A program made the translations under genes and the position numbers. DNA of 64,000 nucleotides. Source: the human T2T-CHM13v2.0 reference genome, Homo sapiens. The stretch is taken from NCBI RefSeq assembly GCF_009914755.1, contig NC_060940.1, one strand, 5' to 3'. The notes beneath the pieces were generated by a model that saw only the letters and a list, made by a program, of their open reading frames with translations, had not been told where the DNA came from and made no database searches. Positions 49,926 through 64,000 of the stretch are shown here, piece after piece. Positions within the stretch are counted from its first letter, which is position 1. Each line of letters starts with the position of its first letter.

Positions 49926-50177
49926 AGCCACCCCAGCCTGGGCGCGATACAATATCCTAGGGGGGTTAAGCCACCCCAGCCTGGGCGTGATACAATATCC
50001 TAGGGGCTAAGCCACCCCAGCCTGGGCGTGATACAATATCCTAGGGGGGTTAAGCCACCCTGGCCTGGGCGCGATACAATATCCTAGGGGTTAAGCCACC
50101 CCAGCCTGGGCACGATACAATATCCTAGAGGGCTAAGCCACCCCAGCCGGGAGGAGGCATGACATCCTAGAGGGGTG
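49926..50177. repeat. Minisatellite, 41-43-bp unit (gccaccccagcctgggcgcgatacaatatcctagg(g)nttaa), 5 copies plus a degenerate sixth, in GINS2 intron 2
   Basis: gccaccc at 49927, 49970, 50011, 50054, 50095 and 50137. Confidence 0.95.
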
Positions 50178-51584
50178 AAAGCCCAGCGTCTAGAATCAAA
50201 CAGCTGTATCCAATTCCACCAGCATCAGCACTGTTCTCACACATGCTCCAGCTCCCTCAGCCCTCCCCCTCTACAGAGAAACCTGTCCTGGGAGCAGACT
50301 GTGTACTATAGCTAAGGGACAAGCACGGAGCACAGCTACGCTGCAGGGTCCCATTGTAAACGGCCAACTACCCATCCCCAGGGCCCTTGGTGCCGTCCTG
50401 CAATCCTGGCCCAATTCCTTGGTCTACTCACCCTCTCTTCACTGCCGCCAGCACCGCCTCAACCCACCACCCACCTCTCACCTGACACCCAGCTGAGTGT
50501 GACCCACACACCACCCCATCCCCCAAACTCCCTGTGTAGCTCCTACCCACTCGAGGACCAGCCTTCCAGGTGTCCTGGACCCTCCTCTCACCTGCACAGT
50601 AAGGCACTCCAGCAGCTCTCATGCTCTTAAATGATCACTGTCCCCTCCTTGCTTGATCCTCCCAAACACACTAATAGATATAGCCTTAAAAAGAAGGCCC
50701 TCCGTGAACACCCCTCTGAGCTTGCTTATGAACTCACTAGGCTCCCCTTTTTGTCTCCTGGCAATTCCTCCTGACCTCTCGACACTGGGACAAAGAGCTC
50801 AGCTCCCAACCCCTTTCTTCACTACCTAAACTCATATCCACACCACCTCGTCCAAATGCTACCCACATGCTCAGAAAGACCTCCAAATTTATACCCCCAT
50901 CAGCCCCTGAGCTCTAACTCCTAACTCAATAACCTCATTGCTGCTGTAACTTCCTCCTGGATATCCAGAAAGCACAACAGTTCAAACCCCCAACTCCTGA
51001 TACCCACTGCAGCCCACAGCCTGCTCCTGCAGCCTCCCACCTCAGGAGACAGCAACTCCCTCTCCTGGGCCTCCAGCCAAGAGCCTGGCTGTCAGCTTTC
51101 ACTCTTCTCCCTCACACCCCATGGCCAGTCCTTCAGCCAATCCTGCTGCTGCTTCCTTCAAAACACACCTAGACACCTACCACATCTCCCACCTCCATCA
51201 GCCAGAGGCCACTCTCAGTGCTTGCCTGGATTCATTCCCTGCTCCTATTGCACCAACCTTCTCTACACAGCAGAGTGATCCTTTCATTAACATCTGAATC
51301 AGCTTATGAAACACCTCTGGTCCAACTTTCTAGCAAATAAAAAAGCTACAGTCAAAATTTTTGGCCAGGACATGGAACAATGGGAACTCATATTTCTTGT
51401 AGGATAAAGGCTCAGCTGCTTTGAAGGACCAGGTGGCCGTTTCTTACAAAGTTAAGCATTATCCCTGAGATCCAGCAAGTCCATCATTCTAGGTATTTAT
51501 TTACCCAAGGGAAAAAGAAACATATCCATGAAAAGACGTGGACAAGAATATTCACAAAAGCCTTATTAAGAATAGCCAAAAATG

Positions 51585-54840
<3,256 letters not shown>

Positions 54841-54972
54841 TCAGTAGATAACGGAACAGAGGGAGCACGGACCTAGTCAGGAAGGAGGCCCCATGCCTCC
54901 ACCCCGTGGGAGAGGGCGTCACCCCAAGCCCAGCCCCACCCACGCATCAACCAGTCTCCACCACATCCTTAC

Positions 54973-55087
54973 CTACATCCATCCACTCTGGAGGGAGCAG
55001 GCGACATTTCTGTCTTTGTTTCAGGTTAATCGCCAGCCACAGGGGCACTTCCACGGGTAAACCAGGGTTAAAAGGCCCCAGGTCCCC
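54973..55087 (-). CDS. GINS2: GINS2 exon 2 (115 nt): [38 protein letters not shown]
   Basis: tggcag|GGG acceptor, TAG|gtaagg donor. Confidence 0.98.
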
Positions 55088-55501
55088 CTGCCAAAAGTAA
55101 AACAATTCCCCGTAAGATTGAAAAAGAACAAAAAAAGCATTACTGTGCGTTACTGCTATCAAATAAGAGGCAAGGCATTGCAGAGGCTGAAGTCCAAATG
55201 CAAATAATAAAAACCCAACTGTTACCAGACTCAGAACAAAGCGCCTCCTGAGCGGCTCCGAGACACCTGCGAGCGTGGGGCTCAGTCCTTCTGGCCTTTC
55301 CGCGGACAGGATGCAAGTCTCCCCTGAGTGGGTGGGGGGCGCTCCCTCTCCCGCCTGCACCCTCCAACTCCGGAACAGGTTTCACACACCCAATGTTGGG
55401 GTCCTGGGGTGCGGGGAGGTGGGTCTGGGCAGGTACAGAGCCTGCCCTCCTTCTCCAGGACTCCCAGCGCCGAGGCGCCTCCCTCATACTGAAAACGCAA
55501 A

Positions 55502-56106
<605 letters not shown>

Positions 56107-56109
56107 CCT

Positions 56110-56860
56110 GTAAACCCGGGCGTTCGGGGCACTGGCAAAGAGCGCAGTCTCGCTTTCCTCATCCGAGAAGCGGGAACGGCGGTGAGCGAGTCAAGCGCCG
56201 AGTGGTGGCCTCCGCAGATGCGGGAGCAGGGCGAGCCCGCGACCCCGGGGCTGAAGGCCACGCGGGAGCCCCGGACGCGCCCAGCCCGGCCTCCCCTCCC
56301 CACGGCGGGCCCAGGCCTCACCCCGATGAGGTAGATCTTGTCCAGACTGAAGTTGGGGATAATGGTAACCAGCTCCTTCTCGGCGAGGAATTCGACCTCG
56401 GCAGCGTCCATGGCGGCGCGAGCTGCAGGCCAGAGCCTCACGGTCTCCTCGGGCCCCTCAGCGTCCCGGAGGAGACGCCGCGGCCGCCGTTTTCCCGCCA
56501 CGGCGAGAGCCCGCCCCGGCCGGAAGACGGCCTGCGCCAGCCTATAGGAAGGCGGTAGACAGCCTATAGGCGCTGTCTGCGGGCGGGGGGGCGGAGACCG
56601 CGCTCGCGAAGAGCCCGCGGATTGGCAAGGCCGAGGGAGGCTGCGCGCCGGCCCCGCCCCGGCCCGCGGACAGGCCCCGCCCCCACCCCGGCCCCGCCCC
56701 GCCCGTGGGCGTGCACCTGGCGCTGTCAGGATCTCCTGCCGCGGGCGCCAGCTTTGGTGTCCCTTCACCTGTCCCCGGCGCCCGCCGCAAACGGCCCTAA
56801 TCAAGAGCCGGGGGTGGGGTTCCGGGCCGCTTCTACGCCGGCGTTCCGCATGGGGCCAAG
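56110..56860 (-). promoter_or_regulatory. GINS2 CpG-island promoter: E2F site TTTCCCGC (56491-56498), ETS core CCGGAAG (56520-56526), CCAAT box on the - strand (ATTGG 56621-56625), several GC boxes (56580-56705)
   Basis: Very dense CpG around exon 1; motifs read directly; typical of G1/S replication genes. Confidence 0.85.
56322..56411 (-). CDS. GINS2: GINS2 (PSF2) exon 1 coding part: [30 protein letters not shown]
   Basis: ATG in GCCGCCATGG Kozak context on the - strand, GGG|gtgagg donor; matches the PSF2 N-terminus. Confidence 0.98.
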
Positions 56861-56869
56861 AGTAAACGC

Positions 56870-63990
<7,121 letters not shown>

Positions 63991-64000
63991 ATTTTATTTT

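Noticed and set aside
56412-56804. N-terminal extension of GINS2 suggested by the 235-aa ORF
   Set aside because: Starts at a non-ATG codon upstream of the promoter motifs; the ATG at 56411 has an ideal Kozak context and matches the known N-terminus

Overview
Human genomic DNA, recognised from its translated exons as the GSE1-GINS2 locus (16q24.1). The + strand carries GSE1 coding exons 2-16 (1128-40052; exon 1 lies upstream of the window). All have canonical AG/GT boundaries and consistent phases. They sum to 3647 nt, which with a 7-nt exon 1 gives the 1217-aa protein, followed by a ~3.65-kb 3'UTR. The - strand carries the complete 5-exon GINS2/PSF2 CDS (56411-45725, 185 aa), driven by a CpG-island promoter with E2F, CCAAT and GC boxes; the two genes converge tail-to-tail. 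Non-coding sequence holds about 25 Alus, a full-length 7SL pseudogene, old L1/L2/MLT1/Tigger3 remnants and several tandem repeats. The first ~36 kb look much more GC-rich than most of the rest. Nearly all ORFs in the supplied track are GC-rich or Alu-derived shadows. I cannot claim a new biological system. The best leads are: (1) GSE1 exon 2, a 219-nt symmetric exon whose circular form would contain an endless ATG-initiated ORF; (2) an intron-2 VNTR carrying nine UGCAUG (RBFOX) motifs; (3) a 25-bp intronic segment duplicated 9.1 kb away in place of an Alu 3' end; (4) a zero-spacer inverted Alu pair; (5) a ~470-bp G-free C/T tract; (6) back-to-back convergent poly(A) signals.
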